Assembly (NCBI GenBank): GCA_034669905.1 | Contig: JAXMOL010000065.1 | Coordinates: 1-40,460, forward strand | Direction of reading: 5' to 3' | From: Candidatus Hydrogenedentota bacterium | Lineage (GTDB): Bacteria > Hydrogenedentota > Hydrogenedentia > Hydrogenedentales > JAEUWI01 | DNA: 40,460 nt | Shown: piece by piece, positions 1 to 8,011 of the stretch | Numbering within the stretch: position 1 is the stretch's first letter | Layout: the number at the start of each line of letters is the position of its first letter | Made by a program: the position numbers and the translations under genes | Notes under the pieces: generated by a model | Databases searched by the model: none | What the model saw: only the letters and a program-made list of their open reading frames with translations | What the model was told of the DNA's origin: nothing

Positions 1-1
1 A

Positions 2-62
2 GTCGGGGCTGTCCCCCGCTGGAAAGAGACGTGGATCTCTGAGGGAGGGGGACAGCCCCGAC
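2..62. repeat. Perfect 16-bp inverted repeat joining two units of the GGGGACRGCCCCGAC repeat family
   Basis: gtcggggctgtccccc (2-17) is the reverse complement of gggggacagccccgac (47-62). Confidence 0.85.
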
Positions 63-253
63 GTCCAGTCTGTCTGGGGTCTTCGGCATTGTAGTGTTGG
101 ACACTACGCGGACGCTGTAATTCGGGGTGTATCGCGTCGGTGCAGTCCCCGGGGGCGGCCCCGACGTCCGGTCAGTCTGGGGTCTTCGGCATTGTAGTGT
201 TGGCCACTACGCGGACGCTGTAATTCGGGGAGTATCGCGTCGGTGCAGTCCCC
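48..253 (+). repeat. Two tandem 103-bp REP/REPIN-like units (family A)
   Basis: 48-150 and 151-253 are near-identical; they start with ggggacagccccgac and gggggcggccccgac respectively and both end with gtcggtgcagtcccc. Confidence 0.9.
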
Positions 254-757
254 TTAGACGAACCCCTTTTTTCGTTTCTTGGGGTTCTGGTGGGCGATGA
301 TACGGTCGTAGATGGTTTTTCGTTCCCGTTCGAGGAGCTTGCGTTCATCGGGCCAGAACATTTCGGGTAGATCGTCGAGGGGGGCCCAAATCATTTCGTC
401 GTGGTGTTCGGTGTCGAGGATGGTGCCTTGAAGTTGGGTGGTGGCGTAGAGGAAATAGTGGTTGATGGACCACTTGTCCTTCTTTTCGCTCAGGCGCCCC
501 AGCACGGCAAGGTCGCCCAGGAGCGTGATTTCCGTCAGTCCCGCTTCCTCTTCGATTTCGCGGAGGGCCCCGGCTTCCAGGCTTTCGTCGGCTTCCAGGC
601 CACCTTTGGGGAGGACGTAGCCGGTGCAACCTTTTTCGTGGACGAGGGCGACGAAGACGTTGCCCCGTTCAATGCGGACGACAGCGCCGCCGGCGGAAAT
701 TCTTTCGGGCAGGTTGTCGGTGCGGGTGTACCAGGATTCATCGATCGTAATAGGCAT
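254..757 (-). CDS. NUDIX hydrolase
   Basis: Nudix box GGLEADESLEAGALREIEEEAGL; start set at MPITID (757), which follows a GGAG RBS. Confidence 0.9.
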   Translation of the reverse strand: MPITIDESWYTRTDNLPERISAGGAVVRIERGNVFVALVHEKGCTGYVLPKGGLEADESLEAGALREIEEEAGLTEITLLGDLAVLGRLSEKKDKWSINHYFLYATTQLQGTILDTEHHDEMIWAPLDDLPEMFWPDERKLLERERKTIYDRIIAHQNPKKRKKGFV

Positions 758-901
758 TGTGAGGAAACTCCAAAGCAATACACCGCGCCACGGGGGCGGG
801 TGGAAATGGGCAGGTGAAGGGACAATTATAGCACGATCGATTCCAGTTGTTCCCGCCGGAGGGACGTGCTATATTTTGAGGGCGCAGCGAAAGGGAGCAG
901 G

Positions 902-1306
902 ATGAGCGAGAATACAGCCCCGGGGTATCCCCAAACGGATTGGCCTGTTAGTCTCTATGTCCGCGATTTTTTTGTGGGACTGCTGGCATGTGGTGGTTTG
1001 CTGCTGCTGTCGCTCAAGGTCGTGCTGACGGCGAGCCTGTATGTTTCCCTGTATTACGGGGACAAGGGTACAGCGATTCCCTGGCTCACGGTGAGCCTGC
1101 TCGATTTCAGCCATTGGCTTGCCTGGAATGGCTTCACACTGACCTTGTGTCTGTCCCTTCCCCTGGCGGCACTTCTTTCCAACCTGGGCCCCCATCCGGT
1201 CCGTCGTCGTCGCGTGGTGCGGGTGGTCTTCTGGGGCTTCCTCGCCGTCAATGTCGGCCTGCTCCTGGGGCTGTCTTTTCCGGTGCTGACCCTGGGCCAG
1301 GGCTAG
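902..1306 (+). CDS. Small hypothetical membrane protein (about 3 TM segments)
   Basis: Hydrophobic segments; AAGGGAG RBS before the ATG at 902. Confidence 0.7.
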   Translation: MSENTAPGYPQTDWPVSLYVRDFFVGLLACGGLLLLSLKVVLTASLYVSLYYGDKGTAIPWLTVSLLDFSHWLAWNGFTLTLCLSLPLAALLSNLGPHPVRRRRVVRVVFWGFLAVNVGLLLGLSFPVLTLGQG

Positions 1307-1369
1307 TGGTTTGAATCCTGCTGATGGGCTACTGATTTGCTACGAAGGATTCACTCCATTCTAAAATGT

Positions 1370-1392
1370 ACTCCCCTCCAAGGAGGGGAATT
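1370..1392. repeat. Short palindrome, minimal form of the element at 16306-16409
   Basis: actcccctcc-aa-ggaggggaatt; both ends match the termini of 16306-16409; lies between convergent genes. Confidence 0.6.
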
Positions 1393-1453
1393 GTCCGGCA
1401 AGTGGAATGGACGGCTCTGACGCAATAAACGCCCTCAACTATGATTCAAGCCA

Positions 1454-1870
1454 CTAGTACACAATAAAGGCGATGAGCGCTACGAGGATGATCAGCGCGG
1501 TGACGCCCATGCCGATGAGTTTGCGCCGGGCTTCCCGTTGGCGCGCCTCATACTTTGCCCGGACCTCCGGGGGGATCTCATTGATAATGGCATTGTCGAT
1601 CAGCGCTTCTTCGGCGACCAGGTGGGCCACCTGCTGTTCTGCGGCAGGTTCGGTGGGGTCATCCCACGCGGCCACGGCTGCTTCTCCATATTCGCCGAAG
1701 ACGACCGGCTTTTCTCCGGCTTCGAGGTCATTGAGGGCGGTGGATGCCATGGCTCCGGAAACGGGTAATTTGCCGACGGGCTGACCGCATTGGGGACAGG
1801 GTTGGTTGTCCCCCATACCAATGTCGACCGAGATGGACTGGCCACACGCGGCACACTGAATTGCTAGCAT
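1454..1870 (-). CDS. Zn-ribbon protein with C-terminal TM helix
   Basis: N-terminal CAAC...CPQC; hydrophobic C-terminus; GGAGGAG RBS. Confidence 0.8.
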   Translation of the reverse strand: MLAIQCAACGQSISVDIGMGDNQPCPQCGQPVGKLPVSGAMASTALNDLEAGEKPVVFGEYGEAAVAAWDDPTEPAAEQQVAHLVAEEALIDNAIINEIPPEVRAKYEARQREARRKLIGMGVTALIILVALIAFIVY

Positions 1871-1958
1871 AGTTCACTCCTCCATCGGGTTGTTTGGTCC
1901 AGATTAGCATATTGTGGAGAAATGTGACTACGATTTTATGTGTGTTCTGACGGGTGAC

Positions 1959-4900
1959 CTATTCGGAGCCGGAGTGGTTGAGGAGCCAATCCTGGTAGCG
2001 ATGGAGCTTCCAGAGCTTGAAGCGCTCTTCCCAGGACTTGCCTTCGTCTTCCGGTAGATCGCCCAGCCGGAAGGGGGCGCTTCTCCAGGATTTGGTGGTG
2101 TTATCGACTGAGGCCGTGACGATGGTGCGTCCGCCCCGGTCAAAGGAGGCGCTCAGAATCCCCCCGGAAGGATCTTCCAGGGTAATCATGAGGGAGCCGT
2201 CGGCCGTGTTCCACACGTTGGCGGTCTTGTCGTCGGAGGCGGTGACGACACGGCTGCCGTCCTCATTGAAGGAAGCGGTCATGATGGCGCTCGCGTGGCC
2301 TTCGAGGGTGGCGACAAGTTCACCGGTGCGGGCGTCCCACACCTTGGCGGTTTCGTCTTTGGAGACCGTGGCGATGCGCGCGCCGTCGGGGCTGAAGATG
2401 GCATTCATGACACCATCGGAGTGGCCTTCCAGGGTGTAGAGGAGGGCGCCATCGCCCACGCGCCAGAGCCGTGCGGTGCCATCCCAGGAGGCGCTGACGA
2501 TCTGGGTCATGTCGGGGCTGAAGGTCGTGCTGTTTACCGCATCGATGTGGCCCGTCAGGGTGTTGAGCAGCAAGCCCTTGTCCACTTCCCACACCTTGAC
2601 CGTTTTGTCCCGGGAAGCCGTGGCGACCAGTTTGCCGTCGGGGCTGAAGTTAGCACTCTCAATGTCATCGGTATGGCCTTCCAGCGAGGCAATCAGGGTG
2701 CCGTTGGCGGCATCCCAGATCTTGGCGGTGTTGTCGCCCGACGCGGTGACGATGCGCCGGCCGTCGGGGCTGAAGGCGGCGCTATGGACGTCATCGGTGT
2801 GCCCTTCGAGGGTCATCTGAAGGGAGCCATCTTCCACGCTGCGAATCTTGACCGTCTTATCCCGGGACGTGGTGACAATTTGTTTGCTGTCTTTGGAGAA
2901 GGTGGCGCTGATGACGCCTTCGGCGGTGCCGGCCACGTCATCTTCGGAGGTGTCTTTCTGGGGGATGCGGGGCACGCGCCAGATACGGGCGGTCTTGTCT
3001 TCCGAAGCGGTCACAATGCTGGCGCTGTCGGGACTGAAGGCGGCGCTCCAGACTTCTCCCGCATGGCCTGTCATGGTGGCAATGAGGGAGCCGTCGGTGG
3101 CATTCCAGACCTTGGCCGAGCGATCGACGGAGGCCGTGACCACCGTGCGGCCGTCGGGGCTGAAGGTGGCACTTTCCACCGACAATTCATGGCCGTCCAG
3201 GGTGCCGATAAGGCTGAAGTTAAAGAGGTCCCAGATTTTAGCGGTCTTATCCCAGCTCACCGTGACGAGACGGGTGCCTTCGGGACTGAAGCCCACACGC
3301 CACACTTCGTCGGAATGGCCGAAGAGGGTGCTGAGCATCTGGCCATCGACGGCGTCCCATACTTTGGCGGTATTGTCTTTGGAGGCGGTGACGATGAGCT
3401 GGCCGTCGGGGCTGAATTTGGCGTTCATGACGCCGTAGTCGTGCTCGGCCAGGGTGAGTTGGAGCTCACCGGTGCCGGCATTCCAAACCCGGGCGGTGCG
3501 GTCCCAGGAGGCCGTGATGATGCGGCTGCCGTCGGCGCTGAAGGACGCATTCTCCACCGTGTCGGTGTGCCCTTCCAGGGTGCGGACGAGGGTGCCTTCC
3601 AACACGTCCCAGATACGGGCTACATTGTCTACGGCGGTGACCACGAATTTTCCATCGGGACTGAACTCACCGGCGGTGAGGTCGGCGTCGCCTTCCAGGG
3701 TGGAGATGAGCGTGCCCTCCTTGGTGTCCCAGACCTTGGCCGAGAGGTCCCAGGAAAGGGTGAGCAGCCGTTTGCCGTCGGTGCTGAAGGACACATCCCA
3801 GACTTTTTCCCCATGACCGGTGAGGGTGTGGAGGAGGGTGCCGTTGGCCACATTCCAGATGAAGGCATTGTTTCCGGCAATGGTTACAATGCGGGTACCG
3901 TCGGGGCTGAACTCCGCACCGAGCAGGCGGTCATCGTGGGGCTCCAGGGTGGTGAGGGCCTGGTAACACTGGCCCAGGAAATAGCCCCACTCCCAATTGC
4001 GGCGTGATTCGCTCGTGTCCCAGAGGATTTTCCGGGCGAGGGGGTATTGCTTCTGGCGAATTTTGATGCCGGCCAACTGAATGCTCGAATAGTAGGACTG
4101 GATTTCCGCCAGCTCCCGCTGCTTTTGCGCTTCGTTGCGCTCTTGCTCCACCGCCTGACGTTGGCGCTGGGCTTCCGCTTCGGCAGTGCGGGCGTCGGCT
4201 TCGGCCTTGCGCGCATTGTCCCGTTCTTCGCTGGCGATGCGCTGTTGCTCCAGGGCCTGGTTGTGGGCGTGGGTCAGCTGGTAGACATAGACACCCGTCA
4301 CCAGGGCGACCAGGGCCACGGCCCCCGCTGCAACAAAGAGGACGGAACGGTAGCGTTGGACAAAGCGGGACAGCAGGTCGGTGGTGGAATAGGCGTAGGC
4401 ATCCACCAGGGCACCGGATTGGAAGCGGGTGACATCGTCGGCCAGCTCTTTGGCGGAAGCGTAGCGCTCGCCGGGGCTTTTCCGCATGGCCCGCTCGCAG
4501 ATGGCGGCCAGTTCCAGGGGGATGCCGGGCTCCACTTCGCGGATGGCGGTCGGGCTTTCATAGATCACATCGCTGATGAGATCTTTGATGGTCTTGGCCT
4601 TGAAGGGCAGCCGTCCCGTGAGGATCTCGTAGAGCACCACGCCCAGACTGTAAATATCGGAGCGCTCGTCAATCTTATCGGTGTGGCCCAGGGCCTGCTC
4701 CGGTGGCATGTAGGCCGGGGTGCCGATGAGCTGACCGTAGTTGGTCTTGGCGGAATCGGCTTCCTGGCCCAGGTTCATGGACATGATGGACTGTTCCATG
4801 ATGTCGGCGTGGGCGTCGTGGCCCTTGCGCGCTTTGGCGAGACCCCAGTCGAGGACCACCGTTTCACCGAATTCACCCACCATGACGTTGGCAGGTTTAA

Positions 4901-5714
4901 TGTCACGGTGGACCACATGCCGGCTGTGGGCATAGGCCATGGCGTTGCATAAATCGATAAAGTGGGGCAGGAGCTCCAGCCGTTCACGGAGGGAGCCGGC
5001 GTCCCGAATCGCTTTGGAGAGGCTGCGCCCGCGCACCAGTTTCATGGTGTAATACAGGGCGCCGTCTTTTCGGTGGCCCAGTTCATAGACGGGCACAATG
5101 GAGGGGTGTTCCAGCTGGCCCGTGATGCGGGCTTCCTGAAGGAACCGGGCAATGACGGCGGTCGAAAAACGAACGGGGCTGGGGGCCGTTCCCGGTTTAC
5201 TCTCCTCCTGTGAACCCATATGGGCGAGGAGTTCCTTGAGGGCAATGTCCCGACCCAGGTATTCATCGTGGACCATGAGGATGCGGCCCATGCCGCCCCG
5301 GGCATGTTCCGTCTGATGGGTGTAGCGGCCTTCGTTTTCGATGACGCCGGGCACCTCGTCGGGCGTCTCTTCTTTCAGCGGGATCGTGACTTCGGGGGCC
5401 GCGGAAAGCTGGACCGTGCCGGAGTCGGTCAAATGGACCGTGCCGCGAAAGGTCTGCTGAAGGCTTTCTTCACCACCGAAGGATTCGAGGGCGGCCGCAC
5501 TGTCCCCATTGTGGGCGGCGACGGCTTCTTTCACCAGCCGCTCGAGGAGCTTGCGATCTTTTTTGGCGAGGGACTTGGTTTCGACCAAACGGGTTGGAAT
5601 ATCCCGGCTGGGGTCCGTGGCCCAGGCACCGGCCACGTCCATTAATTCCGTCGGGGAGACCTTTTGCAACTGGACGGCGAAGACGCCGAATAGAAGATTG
5701 TGGTCTCGTTTCAT
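1959..5714 (-). CDS. Hanks-type Ser/Thr protein kinase with TM helix, coiled coil and about 15 WD40 repeats
   Basis: RGGMG, IALK, HRDIKPANV, DWG, GTPAYMPPEQ and SDIYSLG motifs; repeated GH...FSPDG...TAS.D.TA.VWD units; start set at MKRDHN. Confidence 0.95.
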   Translation of the reverse strand: MKRDHNLLFGVFAVQLQKVSPTELMDVAGAWATDPSRDIPTRLVETKSLAKKDRKLLERLVKEAVAAHNGDSAAALESFGGEESLQQTFRGTVHLTDSGTVQLSAAPEVTIPLKEETPDEVPGVIENEGRYTHQTEHARGGMGRILMVHDEYLGRDIALKELLAHMGSQEESKPGTAPSPVRFSTAVIARFLQEARITGQLEHPSIVPVYELGHRKDGALYYTMKLVRGRSLSKAIRDAGSLRERLELLPHFIDLCNAMAYAHSRHVVHRDIKPANVMVGEFGETVVLDWGLAKARKGHDAHADIMEQSIMSMNLGQEADSAKTNYGQLIGTPAYMPPEQALGHTDKIDERSDIYSLGVVLYEILTGRLPFKAKTIKDLISDVIYESPTAIREVEPGIPLELAAICERAMRKSPGERYASAKELADDVTRFQSGALVDAYAYSTTDLLSRFVQRYRSVLFVAAGAVALVALVTGVYVYQLTHAHNQALEQQRIASEERDNARKAEADARTAEAEAQRQRQAVEQERNEAQKQRELAEIQSYYSSIQLAGIKIRQKQYPLARKILWDTSESRRNWEWGYFLGQCYQALTTLEPHDDRLLGAEFSPDGTRIVTIAGNNAFIWNVANGTLLHTLTGHGEKVWDVSFSTDGKRLLTLSWDLSAKVWDTKEGTLISTLEGDADLTAGEFSPDGKFVVTAVDNVARIWDVLEGTLVRTLEGHTDTVENASFSADGSRIITASWDRTARVWNAGTGELQLTLAEHDYGVMNAKFSPDGQLIVTASKDNTAKVWDAVDGQMLSTLFGHSDEVWRVGFSPEGTRLVTVSWDKTAKIWDLFNFSLIGTLDGHELSVESATFSPDGRTVVTASVDRSAKVWNATDGSLIATMTGHAGEVWSAAFSPDSASIVTASEDKTARIWRVPRIPQKDTSEDDVAGTAEGVISATFSKDSKQIVTTSRDKTVKIRSVEDGSLQMTLEGHTDDVHSAAFSPDGRRIVTASGDNTAKIWDAANGTLIASLEGHTDDIESANFSPDGKLVATASRDKTVKVWEVDKGLLLNTLTGHIDAVNSTTFSPDMTQIVSASWDGTARLWRVGDGALLYTLEGHSDGVMNAIFSPDGARIATVSKDETAKVWDARTGELVATLEGHASAIMTASFNEDGSRVVTASDDKTANVWNTADGSLMITLEDPSGGILSASFDRGGRTIVTASVDNTTKSWRSAPFRLGDLPEDEGKSWEERFKLWKLHRYQDWLLNHSGSE

Positions 5715-5910
5715 GAAGGATAGCCTGCGCACACGCGCTACGTAACGGAACCGCAAACGGGTTGCCGGAAATTCGGGACGATTCGAATGAAAAGGGACAA
5801 GCTCAATCCAGATGAAAGGGTACCACATCCGGTGCCACCCATGCGGCTATTCTACCCCATTGGTGGTGGTGATTTGAACCGACGTCGCTTTATGAGCGGT
5901 CGGGTTGAGC

Positions 5911-6936
5911 TCACCCTGTCAGGTGTTTATCCAGCCACGAAAGAATAAGTTCCCGCATTGCGGGTAATTCCTCGTGCCCACAATCGAAGAGGGCGATGTG
6001 ACAATTTTCTTGCTTTCCATGCTTCTCGTAGAGGGGGCGCAGGTGGTCCCGTATCCGAAGGACCCCGGCCGCCGGGGTCAGGCCGTCCTGCTGTCCGTTC
6101 AGGCTCAGGCGGGGACGGGGCACGATGAGTTCGTTGATTTCGTGGGTCTGGAAGTGTTTCAGGAGGTCTGGCACGTAATAATAGATGCCGTGACGGCGGA
6201 GTCCTTTTGTTTCGATGAGGGCTTCGAAGTCGGTGAGACAGCAGAGATCCATGCAGCAGGTGATGCGCTCGTCGAGTGCACCGAGCCACCAGGAAAGGGT
6301 GGAGCCCATGGAGATACCGAAGGAGCCCACGCGGGTGCTGTCCACTTCGGGGCGGCTGCACAGATAGGTGAGGGCTTGGTGGGCGTCGAAGCACATCATG
6401 CCCCAGAGCACCCGGCCCCGCCAGAGCATTTCCTTGAAGGTGTCTTCCTCGCCCTGTTTGCCCTTGTCCGGGTAGGGGGCCCGCTCGCCAAAGCACCAGC
6501 TGTCAATGGCCAGCGTAACGATGCCTTTCTCCGCATAGACGGGGGCATAGGCCTTCATGGCGCGGGTGCCCTGGAGCAGTTCCATCTTGCCCACGTTGTA
6601 ATCGCCGCCGTGCCAGTGGTTATAGAGCATGGCGGGGGCTTTTTCGGCCCGTTTGTCGGGAATGAGGAGCAGGGCGGGCACGGTCTGGAGCCCGTTGAGT
6701 TCGAGATCCAGGTGCTCCAGGGTGAATCCCGGGTGTTTTTCCACCTTTTTTATCGTGGCGGTGGGGGGTGTTTTTTCCGGCAGGTCGCCAAGGAGCGCCC
6801 AGAGTTGTTTTCGCCGGGTCGCCTGAAACTCCGTGAATTCGTCGCGCGCTGTGTGGGCCATGGCCTGCTCCTGCGTCATAAGGGCCGCCGCACCAAGGGT
6901 GGTGCTTGCCCGGATAAAGTCTCTGCGGTTAAACAT
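5911..6936 (-). CDS. Tat-exported alpha/beta hydrolase (dienelactone hydrolase-like)
   Basis: NRRDFI twin-arginine signal; GISMG nucleophile elbow; QDGL and CGHE as likely Asp/His triad residues. Confidence 0.85.
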   Translation of the reverse strand: MFNRRDFIRASTTLGAAALMTQEQAMAHTARDEFTEFQATRRKQLWALLGDLPEKTPPTATIKKVEKHPGFTLEHLDLELNGLQTVPALLLIPDKRAEKAPAMLYNHWHGGDYNVGKMELLQGTRAMKAYAPVYAEKGIVTLAIDSWCFGERAPYPDKGKQGEEDTFKEMLWRGRVLWGMMCFDAHQALTYLCSRPEVDSTRVGSFGISMGSTLSWWLGALDERITCCMDLCCLTDFEALIETKGLRRHGIYYYVPDLLKHFQTHEINELIVPRPRLSLNGQQDGLTPAAGVLRIRDHLRPLYEKHGKQENCHIALFDCGHEELPAMRELILSWLDKHLTG

Positions 6937-7107
6937 GGCGGGATTCCTCCGAGGGGTCGCTCCATCCTACCTGAGAGAAGGGTATCCGGTCATCTGGGTC
7001 TTTACGCGGTGAGGAAAAGGTTGCCGCTTGGCTGAAAAAGACCTATCATTGGGGGATTACATCGCCGTACGACTTTGACCGCCCCTTCGTGGCTACAAGG
7101 AATTTCC

Positions 7108-7956
7108 ATGAACGTTCCCCATGTGTTTAAGGACGATATTCTCAAGGGCAAGGTGGCCCTCGTGACCGGAGGCGCATCGGGTATCGGGCTGGGAATCAGC
7201 CGCCAGCTTGCCCAGGCGGGTGCCGACGTGGTGATCGCCAGCCGCCGGGTGGAAATGTGCGAGGCCATCGCGAAGGAGCTGGCGGAGACCTACGGCGTGC
7301 GCACCCTGGGGCTGGCCCTGGATGTGCGCGATTCGGAAAACGTGAACGCCGTTTTCGCCGAAGCCGTGAAGGCCATGGGCCGTCTCGACATTCTGGTGAA
7401 CAATGCGGCGGGAAACTTTTACTATCCCGCTGAGAAGCTCAGTGATAATCAATGGAAAGCCGTGTTGGAGATTGACCTCTACGGCACCTTCTATTGCACC
7501 CGGGCGGCCATGCCCTATCTCAAGGACGACGGCGGTTCCATCGTCAGTATCAGCATGACCTTACATCGCAATGGATGGGTGGGCATGCTGCCGGCCTGTT
7601 CCGCCAAGGCGGGCATTGATGCCCTGACCAAGACCCTCGCACTGGAGTGGGGACGTTTTGGTATTCGGGTGAATGCCGTGGCGCCAGGTCCCATTATCAC
7701 CGAGGGCGTGAAGAAAGCCTTTGCCCTGGGGGGGGACTTTGAAGACCAGAAAGACACCATCCCCCTGGGCCGTGCCGGCGAGCCGGAAGAAATCGGCAAT
7801 CTCATTACCTTCATGGTGTCGGATGCGGGCTCGTGGATGACGGGGTCGATTGTGACCATGGACGGTGGCGAAGGGTTGAGTCCCCAGCGTGCGGGCATCG
7901 CGCCCGAGCCCCTGGCCCAGATGGCCGAATACATGGCGGCGCAGCGCAAAGGGTGA
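7108..7956 (+). CDS. SDR oxidoreductase, 2,4-dienoyl-CoA reductase-like
   Basis: TGGASGIG, NNAAGNF, SAKAG and IRVNAVAPGPI motifs. Confidence 0.9.
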   Translation: MNVPHVFKDDILKGKVALVTGGASGIGLGISRQLAQAGADVVIASRRVEMCEAIAKELAETYGVRTLGLALDVRDSENVNAVFAEAVKAMGRLDILVNNAAGNFYYPAEKLSDNQWKAVLEIDLYGTFYCTRAAMPYLKDDGGSIVSISMTLHRNGWVGMLPACSAKAGIDALTKTLALEWGRFGIRVNAVAPGPIITEGVKKAFALGGDFEDQKDTIPLGRAGEPEEIGNLITFMVSDAGSWMTGSIVTMDGGEGLSPQRAGIAPEPLAQMAEYMAAQRKG

Positions 7957-8011
7957 AGGGTGCGCGGAGCGTGCGCCGAAGGCGGAAAGGGTGGCCGTTG
8001 AGGGGTGAGGG

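Noticed and set aside
48..253. Possible CRISPR array (also considered for 40131-40460)
   Set aside because: Units are duplicated along their whole length, with no short repeat/unique spacer pattern and no cas genes
2295..4952. Long plus-strand ORFs with repetitive sequence
   Set aside because: Antisense shadows of the WD40 kinase gene, typical of high-GC DNA
1959..5714. DWG instead of DFG, and the kinase-WD40 architecture, as novelty
   Set aside because: Both are common in Planctomycetes-like and myxobacterial kinases
7108..7956. SDR lacking the YxxxK tyrosine
   Set aside because: Normal for the 2,4-dienoyl-CoA reductase subgroup, so not evidence of inactivation
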